A program made the position numbers and the translations under genes. A DNA stretch of 64,000 nt from Octopus bimaculoides (lineage: Eukaryota). Position 1 is the first letter of the stretch; each line of letters starts with the position of its first letter. The stretch is taken from assembly GCF_001194135.2 (NCBI RefSeq), contig NC_068987.1, positions 89,317,758 through 89,381,757 on the forward strand. Direction: 5' to 3'. Shown here piece after piece: positions 1-11,866 of this stretch. Below the pieces are notes generated by a model that saw only the letters and a list, made by a program, of their open reading frames with translations, made no database searches and was not told where the DNA came from.

Positions 1-54
1 TATATATATATATATACACATACATGTATAGAGTGTTTGAGGTGGTATATAGAT

Positions 55-272
55 ATTCTGACTGCCTCCTTTTTCTCAATATACTAATATTGAGAAAAAG
101 GAGGCAGTCAGAATTTTGGATAATTCTTTAGTAGCGCTTTCGTTCGTTTATCAAACTCATGAAGACAAAATCAAAATCATTGTGATTTTGTCTTGACGAG
201 TTCGATAAATGACCGAAAGTGCAAATAAACAATTACCCAAAATTCTGACTGCCCCCTTTTTCTCAATATATA
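55..272. mobile_element. Foldback/MITE-like inverted-repeat element between (TA)n runs
   Basis: Arms tattgagaaaaaggaggcagtcagaattttgg... and ...ccaaaattctgactgccccctttttctcaata; inner arms continue to an apex near 175; an extra copy of the right end sits at 55-82. Confidence 0.65.
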
Positions 273-284
273 TATATATCCTCA

Positions 285-1640
285 TCATTCATCATCATTT
301 AGCATCCATTGTCTATGCTGGCATGGGTTGGACGGTTTAACCAGGGCTGATTAGCTGGAAGGCTGCACCAGACTCCAGTCTGATTTGGTATGGTTTTCTA
401 CAGCTGGATGCCCTTCCTAATGCCAACGACTCCAAGAGTGTAGTGGGTGCTTTTATGTGCCACCAGCATGGGTGCCATTTGCATGACACCCGTTTATACC
501 ATAACTGCAGTTTTGCTTGGCTTGATAGGTCTTCTTCTCAAGCACAGCATAAGGCCAAAGATCATGGTTATTTCCTCTGTGAGGCCCAACATTTGAAAGG
601 AGCTCAACCACTATGTCTCCGTGTGGTTAAGCACTCAAAAGGTGCTTTTTAAATGTGCCACCTGCACAGGTGCTGGTTACGTGGCACCAGCATCAGCCAC
701 AACTGCCATTTCACTTGGCTTGAAGGGTCTTCTCAAGCACAGCATATCGCCAAAGGTCTCAGTCATTAGTCATTGCCTCTTTGAGGCCCAAAGTTCACAG
801 ATCATGCTTCACCACCTCATCTCATATCTTCCTGGGTCTACCTCTACCACAGGTTCCTTCTATAGTTAGGGATCGGTACTTCTTTACACAGCTGTCCTCG
901 TCCATACACATCATATGACTATACCAGCCCAGTCGTGTCTCTTGCATACCACATCTGATTCCTCTTATGCCTAATTTTTCTCTCAAGATGTTTATACTCT
1001 GTCGAACAGGCACACTGCACATCAAGTGAATCTTACTGGCTTCATTTCTTTCAAGCTTATGCATTTCCTTGGCTATGTAGCATAGCTGTTCACACACAGG
1101 CATCATACAATCTCCCTTTCACTCTGAAAGAGAAGCCCTTTGATGCCAGTAGAGGCAGGAGCCCTCTAAATTTTCCCCAGCCTAATCTTATTCTCACAGC
1201 TATGCTCTCAGGGCACCCCAGTCCGCTACTAACTTGATTACCAAGGTAACGGAAGCTATCTACTACCTCTAACTTACCCCCATGGCAGTTGATGGAGTCT
1301 ATTTTCTGTACATTTTCGGTGTTTATTGTACCTGTGCATTTTCCACACACGTCCATAGCTTACACCGGGAACATCTTATGGAGTTTCTACCTACACCTTT
1401 TCTACAGATTGAGCAGGGCCATCAACTTGAAGGGATTTGTGATTTGTCTGCCTTCCTACTTACTAAGACTTTGGTCTTTGCTAGGTTGACTGTGAGGCCC
1501 TTCGATTTTAGACTTTGTTTCCATACCTCGAACTTCTTCTCTAGTTCTGGTAGTGGTTCAGCTTTTAGAGCAAGGTCATCAGTATAGAGGAGCTCCCAAG
1601 GATATCCTGTCTTGAATTCCTCTGTTACTGCCTGGAGGAC
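285..1640 (-). mobile_element. 5'-truncated RTE-clade LINE (RT C-terminus, 3' UTR, (GAT)n tail)
   Basis: Minus-strand ORF pieces GYPWELLYTDDLAL, KLEVVDSFRYLG, RVKGRLYDACV; 3' end shared with many short copies in the window. Confidence 0.85.
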
Positions 1641-2049
1641 TATAATGAACACACACACACATTGAAAATGGGAAGGCTGGTTTATGGGATTGCCTTAGGT
1701 TTCCTGTCCATAAAGGGTTTAGCTTTATAGTGTATCGTCAGATCCCAAAAACCTGTTGGGCCCATGATCTCTTAATATATACTGCTCTACATCTTAGTGA
1801 GTGCTTCTTCTTCCAGATTTATCATCATCATCATCATCCTTATCAGCGCTTAATGTCCGTTTTCCATGCTGGCATGGGTTGGACGGTTTGACTGGGGACT
1901 GGCAAGCCAGGAGGCTGCATCAGGCTCCAATTTAATCTGGCAATGTTTCTACAGCTGGATGCCCTTCCTAATGCCAACCACTTTGAGAGTGTAGTGGGTG
2001 CTTTTTATGTGCCACCTGGTATAAAATTGACTATAAGAAAATAAACCAT

Positions 2050-3228
2050 CTATTTTATACGGATGACTTAAAACTCTACGGTAAAGAGAATAATGAGCTT
2101 GAAGGCTTATTACATACTGTGAAAGCATTCAGTGACGACATCAGGATGGAATTTGGTCTTGATAAATGTGAGATGGCCACTTTCCAGAAAGGGAAACTGA
2201 AGACTTCAAATTCAGTTGTGTTAGCCAGAAATGAAGGTGGATAGGGTTAATATCAGAAGAAAACTGCATGGAGTTAGCTAGAGTAGATATAGACTCCTAT
2301 GTAGGTAATAGTGAAAAATGTTTATTAAAAGCTGCTTGAGTCACAGCAAGACACAGGGAAACCAAAATCCCAATCAAAGTTAAAAACCAGAAAAAGAACA
2401 GAAATTATCAGACTGGCAGAAGAAGGCATTCTGTGGTAGGTTCCCAAAGATAGTTGCAGCAAATAGTGGTAGTGAGGCATGGTTATGGTTGCAGAAAGGA
2501 AAGCTGAAAAGGGAGACAGAAAGTTTGTTAGTAGCTGCACAAGATCAAGCACTAAGGACTAATTCGATAAAAGCCAAGATAGACAAAAACCAAGTAGATT
2601 CCCAATGTAAATTATGCGGAAAGCGTTACTCATATAGTAAGTGAATGTAGCTTGCTGGCACAAAATGAATACAAGCAATCTACTGGGAGCTATGTAGAAA
2701 GCTAGGATTTGAACATATTGATAAATGGTATGAACATGAACCTAGTAAAGTATTAGAAAGTAAGAAATACAAGATGTTATGGGATTTTAACTTTCAGACT
2801 GACAGAGTAATAGAAACTAGAAGGCCTGATTTGGTAGTAGTAGATAAAGAGAATAGAAAGTGCCAGATAACTTACAGTCCCAAATGATGAGATAACAATA
2901 ATAATAAGTATAGAAAAAATAGCAAAGTACCAGGACCTAGCTATTGAATTACAGAGACTATAGAAAGTGTGGGTAACATGTATCCCAGTAGTTATAGGTG
3001 CATTGGGAACTATCCCTAAAGATCTGAACAGCTGGATAGAGGAAATAGGCATAAAACCTGGTTTAGTACAGCTGCAGAAAACAGTGTTATTAGGGACAGC
3101 TAGGATATTTAGGAGGGTTCTTGGCATCTAAGGTTACTTGTTGTAACCTGAAATTAAGATTCTTTTTTTTCCAGCAGTCTAATCTGTTAAGTGTATATGA
3201 AAATAATAACAACAACAACAACAACAAC

Positions 3229-3293
<65 letters not shown>

Positions 3294-3295
3294 GA
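2050..3295 (+). mobile_element. Degraded R4/Dong-like non-LTR retrotransposon 3' end (restriction-like endonuclease) with (AAT)n tail
   Basis: Manual translation: LWDFNFQTDRVIETRRPDLVVVDK, KYQDLAIELQRL, IPVVIGALGTIPK, LQKTVLLGTARIFRRVLGI* (stop 3129-3131); RT remnant MEFGLDKC near 2150. Confidence 0.8.
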
Positions 3296-4873
3296 TTAAT
3301 AATCATAATCTGTCCTGTTGGGGTATAGTGGCATCCTGTCAGTTGCCTGTATTTTGGTCAGGTCCCTTGTCTGGGAATAACTTCCTCCCTTCCTTCCATC
3401 TGTCTTGGATGCCCTGGGATAGGTTATACTTACTGGCCTTTCTCTTCTAAGTCTGGTGAGAGGGAGTGTTATAGATTGAGATTAAGTTCAGAAAACAATA
3501 ACGATAATAAAGAAAACAGCTGACGGAGGTGACATATAACTATCGACTGTTGATATAACCTTTTTAACAATATTATTAAAATCAAAAGATAGGTCACCTA
3601 TCACTCTATTTCTTATGTGTTAATCATTTGAGTTTAACACACATATCTAATACAGAAGTTGTGTGATATAATATAGTATCTTGTTAATCTGATCAAAGAG
3701 GAGAACCAGGTACTCTTCTAGATATTTGCAAATTTATTAGTTAAAACCAGAGGAGGTATGGTTACAGCCATGCTCTTTGCAGTTCTTCCTAGATTTATGA
3801 GATTATTGCCATTGATGGCTTTGTTTGAATTTCTGTCAGTGGCATGGGAATTTCAGAGGGTTCTATTCAGGAGAGGAAGGATTGGTTACTGTTTAGTTAA
3901 ATAGTGACACATAGAGTGGAGGATGAGATGAGGAGAGATAGGTGGGTCAGAGTAAAAGCTGTATGTTGTTTGCTAGTTTAGGTCTAATAAGATCTATTGT
4001 TGTAGTGATGGAACCAGCTAATGGACATAACAGTATGTTTATGCAATAGTCATGGATGGGCTGTAGCATGTTGGAGAATGATTATGTTCTTGTTTGGTGG
4101 AGAAAAAAAGTATAAACTTCTTCCAAGATCCACAAAGCTGTTGTTTCACTTTAGATCAACCCTGATTGAGTAGACTACGTATTACCCTACCACCCTATTT
4201 TTTTCTTATATAAATGAAAAAAAGGGCTACATTCAAGAACTTTTGCAGGATCTCCAAGACAAGTGGGAGAAAGGGAAAAATTATTCTCATATTGGCGTAT
4301 CTGGTTTGAATGCTTGCCTAAAACTGGTGTTCATTGACAATATCAAGACACTTTAATGCGATGGTTAGTCATGTGTTCTTCTTAGGTTGTTCAAAAATTT
4401 GGAAGTTTTTGTGTGTAGACATTGACCACACTCATCATCCTCATCATCATCATTTAACATCCGTTTTCCATGCTGGCATGGGTTGGAGAGTTTGACTGAA
4501 AACTGGTAAGCCGGGGAGCTGCTGGGCCAGGTTCCAATCTGATTTGGCAATGTTTCTACAGCTGGATGCTCTTCCTAATGCCAACCACTCCAAGAGTATT
4601 ATAGTGGGTGCCTTTTATGTGTCACTGGTACAGGTGTCATTGATGTGACACCGGCATCGCCCATGACTACAATATCACTTGGCTTCACAGATCTTCACAA
4701 GCACAGTGTATCATCAAAGGTCTCCATCACCTGTTACTGTCTCCATGAGGCCCATCACTCGAGTGGTGCTTTTATGTGCCACTGGCAAGGGTGCTAGTCA
4801 GATGGTGCTGGCAGAATTTCCAATTATTTAATTAACCTGCATCGTTATACAAGTATGGAAGACAAACATTAAG

Positions 4874-4917
<44 letters not shown>

Positions 4918-5425
4918 GTGATGATGATGGTGATGATGATGATGATGATGATGTACATTGAATAAATTAATGGATCAATGTTTGATAAACATAATGATTA
5001 CGAATCTTCTGTATTTAACTTGGTGGATTATAAAATCATCATCATTTAGTGTCTGTTGTTCATGCTGGCATGGGTTGGACAGTTCAACCATGGCTGGTAA
5101 GCTGGAAGGCTACACCAGACTCCAGTCTGATTTAGCATTGTTTCTACAGCTGGATGCCCTTCCTAATGCCAACCACTCCATGAGTCTGTAGTAACGCCTT
5201 GTCTCATGCGCGTGCGTAGTCATCAATATCCAAGTTTGGCGCCCTTATTCATTCTCTTTTTCTCGCCGGCCGACGAAGAGGACAGACATCCAACAGAGCT
5301 CTCTCACATGGCTGCCTATTTTCCTCTGTAAATAAATATTGTTGTGTTGATGGATCGGAATCTGCGTTACGTTGTTTCAACAGATTTAATATAGGAAAGC
5401 GGGTGTACACCTAATAGTGTATAAC

Positions 5426-5680
5426 TACTTTCCTATAATTGGTGACCCCGACGTGATGCGATTCACACAGCCCTTCTGATGTGAATCCGACATGATTCGA
5501 TTCATACGGCCCTTCTGATGTGAATCCAACGTGATTCGTTCATACAGCCCTTCTGATCTGTACAGCCAACGTGATCCTGTTCACACAGTTTTTCTTACAA
5601 ACTGGTGACCCGCCGACGTTGATTCCAACACGCAGCCAACGTGAAAAGTTCACATAACTTTCCAAAAATGGTGACTTAAT
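5426..5680 (+). repeat. Tandem array of PBS/antisense tRNA-Trp-like units (39-40 bp period, plus further TGGTGAC copies)
   Basis: Units start at 5448, 5487, 5526, 5566 (cc(g/a)ac(g/a)tgat...ccttctgat(g/c)tg); TGGTGAC recurs at 5440, 5603, 5669. Confidence 0.8.
5440..5457 (+). other. Primer-binding site complementary to tRNA-Trp 3' end (TGGTGACCCCGACGTGAT)
   Basis: Matches the reverse complement of the eukaryotic tRNA-Trp(CCA) 3' end as recalled; this PBS type is used by CsRn1-like Gypsy elements. Confidence 0.8.
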
Positions 5681-7929
5681 GCCAGTAATAGACCAACCGT
5701 TCTTTCAGTTTTTTTCACCACATTTTTTTTTCTATTTCGTCTGTTTGTCTTCGACAAACCGACTGGTGCGAGGCTAGTGTAGTGAAACTAACACCTCGAT
5801 CGCCATTAGATACAAAACTACCTATCGCCATTATACACAAAGAAGCCATCTTCCCCGCTGTTAAATATAAACAAGCGCGGGCGTAGTGGAAAACAGATTT
5901 GCCTGTCATCACGTGACTGATTATTATTCGAAGCGGAAAATCCTTTGAACTGTTCCCGCCAGAACGCAAACTGACCAATCACAGCCCTTAATAAGGTCAC
6001 GTGATAGTGTTTTTCTAATACCTATTTGGGAGCCTACCCATCAACTATAAATAGATCAAATTATACCCGGCAAATTTGTCTCGGTTCAGATCTCTTAGAG
6101 ACCTGTTCCATGTACCACACGGCAGCAGCAGCAGCAGCCAGCGTCAACACCAATTATAGGAAAGTAGTTATACACCATTAGGTGTACACCCGCTTTCCTA
6201 TATTAAATCTGTAGAAACAACGTAACGCAGATTCCGATCCATCAACACAACAATATTTATTTACAGAGGAAAATAGGCAGCCATGTGATAGAGCTCTGTT
6301 GGACATCTGTCCTCTTCGCCAGCCGGCGAGAAAAAGAGAATGAATAAGGGCGCCAAACTTGGATATTGATGACTACGCATGCGCACGAGACAAGGCGTTA
6401 CTACAAGTCTAATGGGTGCTTTTACATTCCATTGGCACAGGTGCCATTTGCGTGACACCAGTATCTGCTATGACTGTGATTTTGCTTGGCTTGATGGCTC
6501 TTCTTCTCAAGCACGACATAATCTCACCTCTGTGAGGCCCAATGCTCAAAAGATGCATTTTACGTGCCACCAGCACATGTGCCAGTTACCTGACACCAGC
6601 ATTGGCCATGAGTACTATTTCACATAGCTTGACAGGTTTTCTCAAGCACAGCATATCACCAAAGATCTTGGTCACTAGTCATTGCCTCCAAAGGCCTAAA
6701 GTTTGAAGATTATGCTTCACCACCTCATTCCATGTCTTACTGGGGTCTACCTCTACCACAGGTTCCTTCTATAGTTAGAAATCAGCACTTCTTTACACAG
6801 CTGTCCTCGTCCATATGCATCACATGACCATAACAGGGCAGTCATCTCTCATGCACACCACATCTGATGCTTCTTACACTCAACTTTTCTTTCAAGATGC
6901 TTACACTCTGTCTTGTACATTGACATTGCATATCCAGCAAAGCATACTGGCTTCATTTCTTTCAAGCCTACACATGTTCTTGGCTGACACAGCCTATTTT
7001 TCACTGCCATGTAGCATGGCTGTTTACACACAGGCATCATACAATCTGCTTTTTACTCTGAGGGAGAGGCCCTTTGTTGCCAGCAGAGGTAAGAGCTCAC
7101 TAAACTTTGCCCAGCCTAGTCTTATTCTCACAGTAATGCTCTTTGAGCATGCATCTCCACTACTCACTTGGTTACTTAGATAACGGAAGCTATCTATTAC
7201 CTCTAGCTTACTCCACTTGCAGTTGATGGGGGTTAAGCTAGAGGTAATAGATATCAATATCTATTGACATTCTGTTAAACTCAGGTCAGGCCCACAGCAG
7301 TGATAGATGAAAGTAATAATTGGTGTGTGTTACTGGACATTACAAATAATGGTTTATTGCCTTTTGTTGATTACAACATAAGCGTGTCACTTGAAAGTGA
7401 AAGAAAAGGGAGGGAAAACAATACACTGAGACAAGCAACATAGATTCTCCTCAATGGCCGAGCAGCTCTCTGGCCTGATGTTAAATTTGTCAGAAGAGTA
7501 AGTGAGAGACTACCAGAGAGGGGAAAAGCAACATGATCTGTATTAACTTGGGATATCTCTGTCCAAAGTTGAATTCACTCAAGTTTTATTACTGTTGATT
7601 TAAAAGTTCTTGAATCTTTGTCCAGATTGTTTGGCACAAAAACTTGCATAGTTCTTTCAAAGATTGCTGCTACAACCATAATAGCCAGCCAGTGCTGATT
7701 GGTTGAGCTATATTTTCATAGGTGTTAATAGCTTTTATGACAATACTATTCCTTTTATGGAAATATATTAGCTTGTGGTTCTAGACTGGGAAAATTTGAG
7801 AGCTATGGTCGAATAGGGTCTCACTGTAGATTTATCTTGGTGAAAGTACTTTCTGAACTTAGGTAGGATCATGTCGAAACAACCAGTCCTTCTCTTCAGA
7901 GCTAGGGGACACTTCAGCCTCTATCAGTG

Positions 7930-8400
7930 ACTATTGCCATTCTGCTAAACTCAGGTCAGGCCCACTGTGGAATACTCCCCCCACATCTGCGATGTTAATC
8001 CTGCAGCTGCTGCATGTACAAACATCCTTGACTGCATCCAGAAAAGTTCCAGGTGACTTGTACTTCTCTGGATGCAAATACTCTTTGGCTTCAGGTCTAA
8101 AGGCACACTTCCTCTTTACCTTTTCAACTGCTATAATAATGGCCTTTGTCCTTCAGAATTAAACAGATTCATGACACCCTCATTCAGGCATCCCCACTTA
8201 CTTCTCCTTCTTTCATCATTTGTATCATGTCCAACACCCCAGTTCCCCACTAAGCTCTGTCCTCCCTTCCTAGAATGTTGTCCCTCTGGAAATCCCTCCC
8301 CACCACTGTTCCTGTTGTTTCCACAAGAGTTGTCTTACAGAAGTTCAAGAGGAATATTAATGATATCGATCTCACCAATCTAGGAGTCACTGAGAAAGCC
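7930..8400 (+). mobile_element. CR1/Jockey-like LINE 3' fragment
   Basis: EYSPHI...LDCIQK, YNNGLCPSEL, LWKSLP...LQKFKRNIN resemble the C-terminal region of CR1/Jockey ORF2. Confidence 0.55.
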
Positions 8401-8684
8401 ATGGGTATTGCACATTTCTCCAGTAATAAAAAGTCTAATAGTGGCTGTTATTGTTGTTTAGGATCAGATCAACTTAATTGTGCAGACTCCAATCATAAAC
8501 ATCCAGTTGTTTTAGAACAATCTTGGATCATATTACCTTAAAGCATTCTTCTTTGATTACAGTGATTATTGTTTTATTTGATGGTGGTTTAACTGCTATT
8601 TTTAGCAGGGTAGTTATTTCGCCATGAAATTAAGAACAGTTTTTTTGTGAGCCTGTTTGGTCATCCGTAGTTAACATATTTTAG

Positions 8685-8760
8685 AGACATGCGCAATGCC
8701 CCTATCCGGGTCTTGATGACGTCAGCCACGTGACTGCATTAATCAGTCTTTCAGTTGAAG
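8685..8760 (+). promoter_or_regulatory. Core promoter of the ADP/ATP translocase gene
   Basis: TGCGCA (NRF1-like half site) 8690-8695, CRE TGACGTCA 8717-8724, E-box CACGTG 8727-8732, Inr-like TCAGTC 8743 and TCAGTT 8751; local CpG retention. Confidence 0.65.
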
Positions 8761-8853
8761 TCGACACGAAAGCCAAGATCGGGGAAATCTAGCGGCAGCG
8801 GCTCCTCGTCTTCACCTACATAGTCTTCTTTTATTGCCGAATAAGAACTGAAC
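8745..8853 (+). other. Non-coding exon 1 (5' UTR) of the ADP/ATP translocase; start approximate
   Basis: Donor AAC|GTAAGT at 8854; acceptor tttcAG at 10956-10957 directly before ATG; splicing creates a good Kozak context aacATGG. Confidence 0.7.
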
Positions 8854-10881
8854 GTAAGTCATCACCTTTTTTTCCCCTCAATCATTATTTCAATACAGCA
8901 AATATCTATCACCATCGATCTCTGAAGACGCAAAGATTACTGACACACAGACAGATATATTAAAAAAGAAAAATGTAGGATTTCACTTTCCAAGAAATTC
9001 TTAAAATCTTTAATTTATGATTTCTACATAATTTTTTTTTTTTTTTCTAATTTTAATCCTTTAGAGATTAATTAACTGCATATTCCTATCAATCACAGAC
9101 ACAAATCAGTAATTATACAAAGATATTCTCTTTCTCTCTATCTATATATATATTTAGTACAAGGAATGTCTTCATTGTCTGAGCATTGTTAATGCGGGGA
9201 GAATGTTGGCGATGGAAGAATAATTCCAGCTTAAACAATATATATTATGTATATTTGTGACTTGATCTGTGAAATTCTAAACTGCAAAGAATAGGTTAAT
9301 AAAGGTTACAGAAAGCCTAACCTCATCTTTTGACGCCCATAAACTAGGCCAGTGCCCTCTAATCACTCATTTATATTTGATCTTGTAATATCTTTCCCAT
9401 TATCGGGGTAAATTGAATTGTTACATAATATTCTTAATTATTACTTTTAATTCAACATGTTTTATATTTATTAATAGATATTTAATTTTTCATATTGAGT
9501 GGTTTTTAACAACGAGTGTCTATAATTATGTAAATTGTTGCCGGTGAAAATATTTGTCCTTGAGAGAGAAATGTTAAATTGATGGCATTGGTTGGAAGTC
9601 AAACTTGGGATTATTGTATCGGTTCATGAATGGCTTATTTCTTTTTCTTTTAATTATTATTTCTGCCTAAAATAATTTTGGTGTTGAAAGTCACGGTGTT
9701 GGCCACGCGACTCTACTCTTCCTCGTTTAAATGGAAGCTGGTTGAGTGGAACATTGAAGGAAAATGTCGTTTCGGTCACCGCCGCCAAATTTGTTGACCT
9801 CGTGGGTTGCTTTAGAACAAATAAGCCATATATTCCACCTTGAATATATCTATCTTTTAATATCTGAATGTCTGCTGTCGATATTATATAAAAATGGACA
9901 TCTCTCTTGTCAAGTGGGAGACGAGTTCACACGTACTTGCACATGTCTTTTTTTTTTAAATATGGAAGTATTTTAATTTCAAATTAAATGTCCTTTTTTT
10001 ACTTTTTGCTGCTAAACTGAATAAATCATTTTCAATATTGTCAAAGTCTTAATATTAATGTGAGTCAATGCTACTCTAAGCTATTTCATTTAGATCTCGA
10101 TGTTCTTTTTAACCTTTCTCAAAGTCACTATCTTTAACTAAAGTTGTATCATCGCCATTTCTTCTTCTTAAATCCTCGACCCTTCCCCGAATTTTTAAAC
10201 CTCTCTCATCGTCAATTTATTTACTTATTAAATGTGACAATCCCATATTTCTTAAGGGAACTTGTTTCGTGTCTAATGTACAATACGAAGCAGATTTATG
10301 CAAAATTCATTACCTGAATTTCTAAATTAGGTCACGCTATTACACAAACTTAATATTAACTTAGTTCTCCCAAATGATACGATTTGCAAAGTTCAAATTC
10401 CTATTTAGGTATTTCCACAAATAATGATTTCATTTGCTTTTAAGTGACAGAACGCTTTCTCACAACTCGTCCTCCATTCACCCAACACTTGAGTGCTTTC
10501 ATATCTTCACTAATTATCTTCGCATTCACTTGTAGGACCATCTTTAAGTGATTATAAAATTATAATTCTCAACGTTTAAATTTTTTCAGAATATTCATGC
10601 TTTATAATTTTATATTCAGTTATCTAGGTTTTTTTAAAAAATAGTTTCTTCCTCCGATCGATCGTCAATAGAATTCACTTTTCGCATAAATTTTCTATTG
10701 ATAAAATCTTACCTTGATGAATGTCATATCACGAATTACCGACCGCTTTCTAATTACTTGAAAGTCAAACATTTTTATCGACTATTGACGAATTAAAATA
10801 TATAATATTTATACATATTCTGAAATTCACAATTATATTAGTATTGCATTTTTTGTTTATTTGAATAATGATAGAAACGAT

Positions 10882-10914
<33 letters not shown>

Positions 10915-10957
10915 TTCTGCAAACTAATATTTTTTTCCTTTTTTTAAAAAATTTCAG

Positions 10958-11866
10958 ATGGCAAAACTTGGATTTGCTGAAAATTTCGCTCTCAGTGGAG
11001 CAGCTGCTATTATATCCAAGACAGCCGCAGCTCCAATTGAACGAGTAAAGCTGCTGGTTCAAAATCAAGATGAAATGTTAAAGAGTGGTAGGCTGAAGGA
11101 GCCTTACAAGGGTGTAATTGACTGCACAATGAAGACCTTCAGGTCGGAGGGTATTTTACCATTCTGGCGTGGCAACTTGGCTAATTGCATCAGATATTTC
11201 CCAACCCAGGCTCTCAACTTTGCTTTCAAAGATCAGATCAAAATCATGTTTAAATCTAGTAAGGCAGATAGTTATACTTTGAAGTTTTCCAAGAATGTGG
11301 CATCAGGCGGTGTTGCTGGAGCTTTGTCCCTGTGCTTTGTCTATTCCCTCGATTATTGCCGAACCCGTTTAGCTAATGACGCCAAGAGCAGCAAAAAGGG
11401 TGGTGAGCGCCAATTCAACGGTATGGTCGACGTCTACCGCAAAACAATAGCATCTGATGGTGTTGCCGGACTTTACAGAGGTTTTGTGATCTCTTGTGTT
11501 GGAATCGTTGTCTACAGAGGGTGCTATTTCGGTTTCTATGACACCTTGAAACCAATCGTCATTGGTGACGAAGCCAGTCTCTTAATGTCCTTCGCACTTG
11601 GTTATATTGTAACCATCAGTGCTGGTCTTGTCTCTTATCCTATTGATACCATCAGGAGAAGAATGATGATGACATCCGGTGAAGCAGTCAAATATAGTGG
11701 ATCCATTGACTGTACGATGAAGATCGTCAAATCAGAAGGATTTATGTCATTGATGAAGGGTGCTGGTGCAAACATCCTCAGAGGTGTTGCCGGAGCTGGT
11801 GTCTTGTCAGGGTTTGATAAATTCAAAGAACTGTATGTGGCTTTCCGTATGGGTAGATCATCCTAA
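10958..11866 (+). CDS. AAC: Mitochondrial ADP/ATP carrier (adenine nucleotide translocase), 302 aa, intronless CDS
   Basis: [28 protein letters not shown] signature, three mitochondrial-carrier repeats; AATAAA at 12096 and 13142. Confidence 0.98.
   Translation: MAKLGFAENFALSGAAAIISKTAAAPIERVKLLVQNQDEMLKSGRLKEPYKGVIDCTMKTFRSEGILPFWRGNLANCIRYFPTQALNFAFKDQIKIMFKSSKADSYTLKFSKNVASGGVAGALSLCFVYSLDYCRTRLANDAKSSKKGGERQFNGMVDVYRKTIASDGVAGLYRGFVISCVGIVVYRGCYFGFYDTLKPIVIGDEASLLMSFALGYIVTISAGLVSYPIDTIRRRMMMTSGEAVKYSGSIDCTMKIVKSEGFMSLMKGAGANILRGVAGAGVLSGFDKFKELYVAFRMGRSS

Larger units (their letters stand above)
5187..6405. mobile_element. Non-autonomous element with two inverted LTR-like repeats (258-bp TIRs, TGTAG ends) and 4-bp TSD AGTC
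   Basis: 5187-5444 is the reverse complement of 6148-6405 (about 9 differences by eye); agtc at 5183-5186 and 6406-6409; LTR core TGTAG...CTACA of 196 bp with AATAAA. Confidence 0.9.
5036..7257 (-). mobile_element. RTE-clade LINE fragment interrupted by the inverted-LTR element
   Basis: KLEVIDSFRYLS...RVKSRLYDACV at 7024-7257; the 3' UTR sequence is continuous across 5186/6410 when compared with the copy at 421-540. Confidence 0.8.

Noticed and set aside
3121-3450. Poly-Asn ORF
   Set aside because: Translation of the (AAT)n tail of the R4/Dong-like element.
5187-6405. DIRS-type retrotransposon as the explanation for the inverted LTRs
   Set aside because: DIRS elements lack TSDs and tRNA PBSs and have different termini; here there is a 4-bp TSD, TG...CA ends and a tRNA-Trp PBS.
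10838-11068. Minus-strand ORF with poly-Lys
   Set aside because: Derived from the intronic poly-T run and the antisense of ANT.
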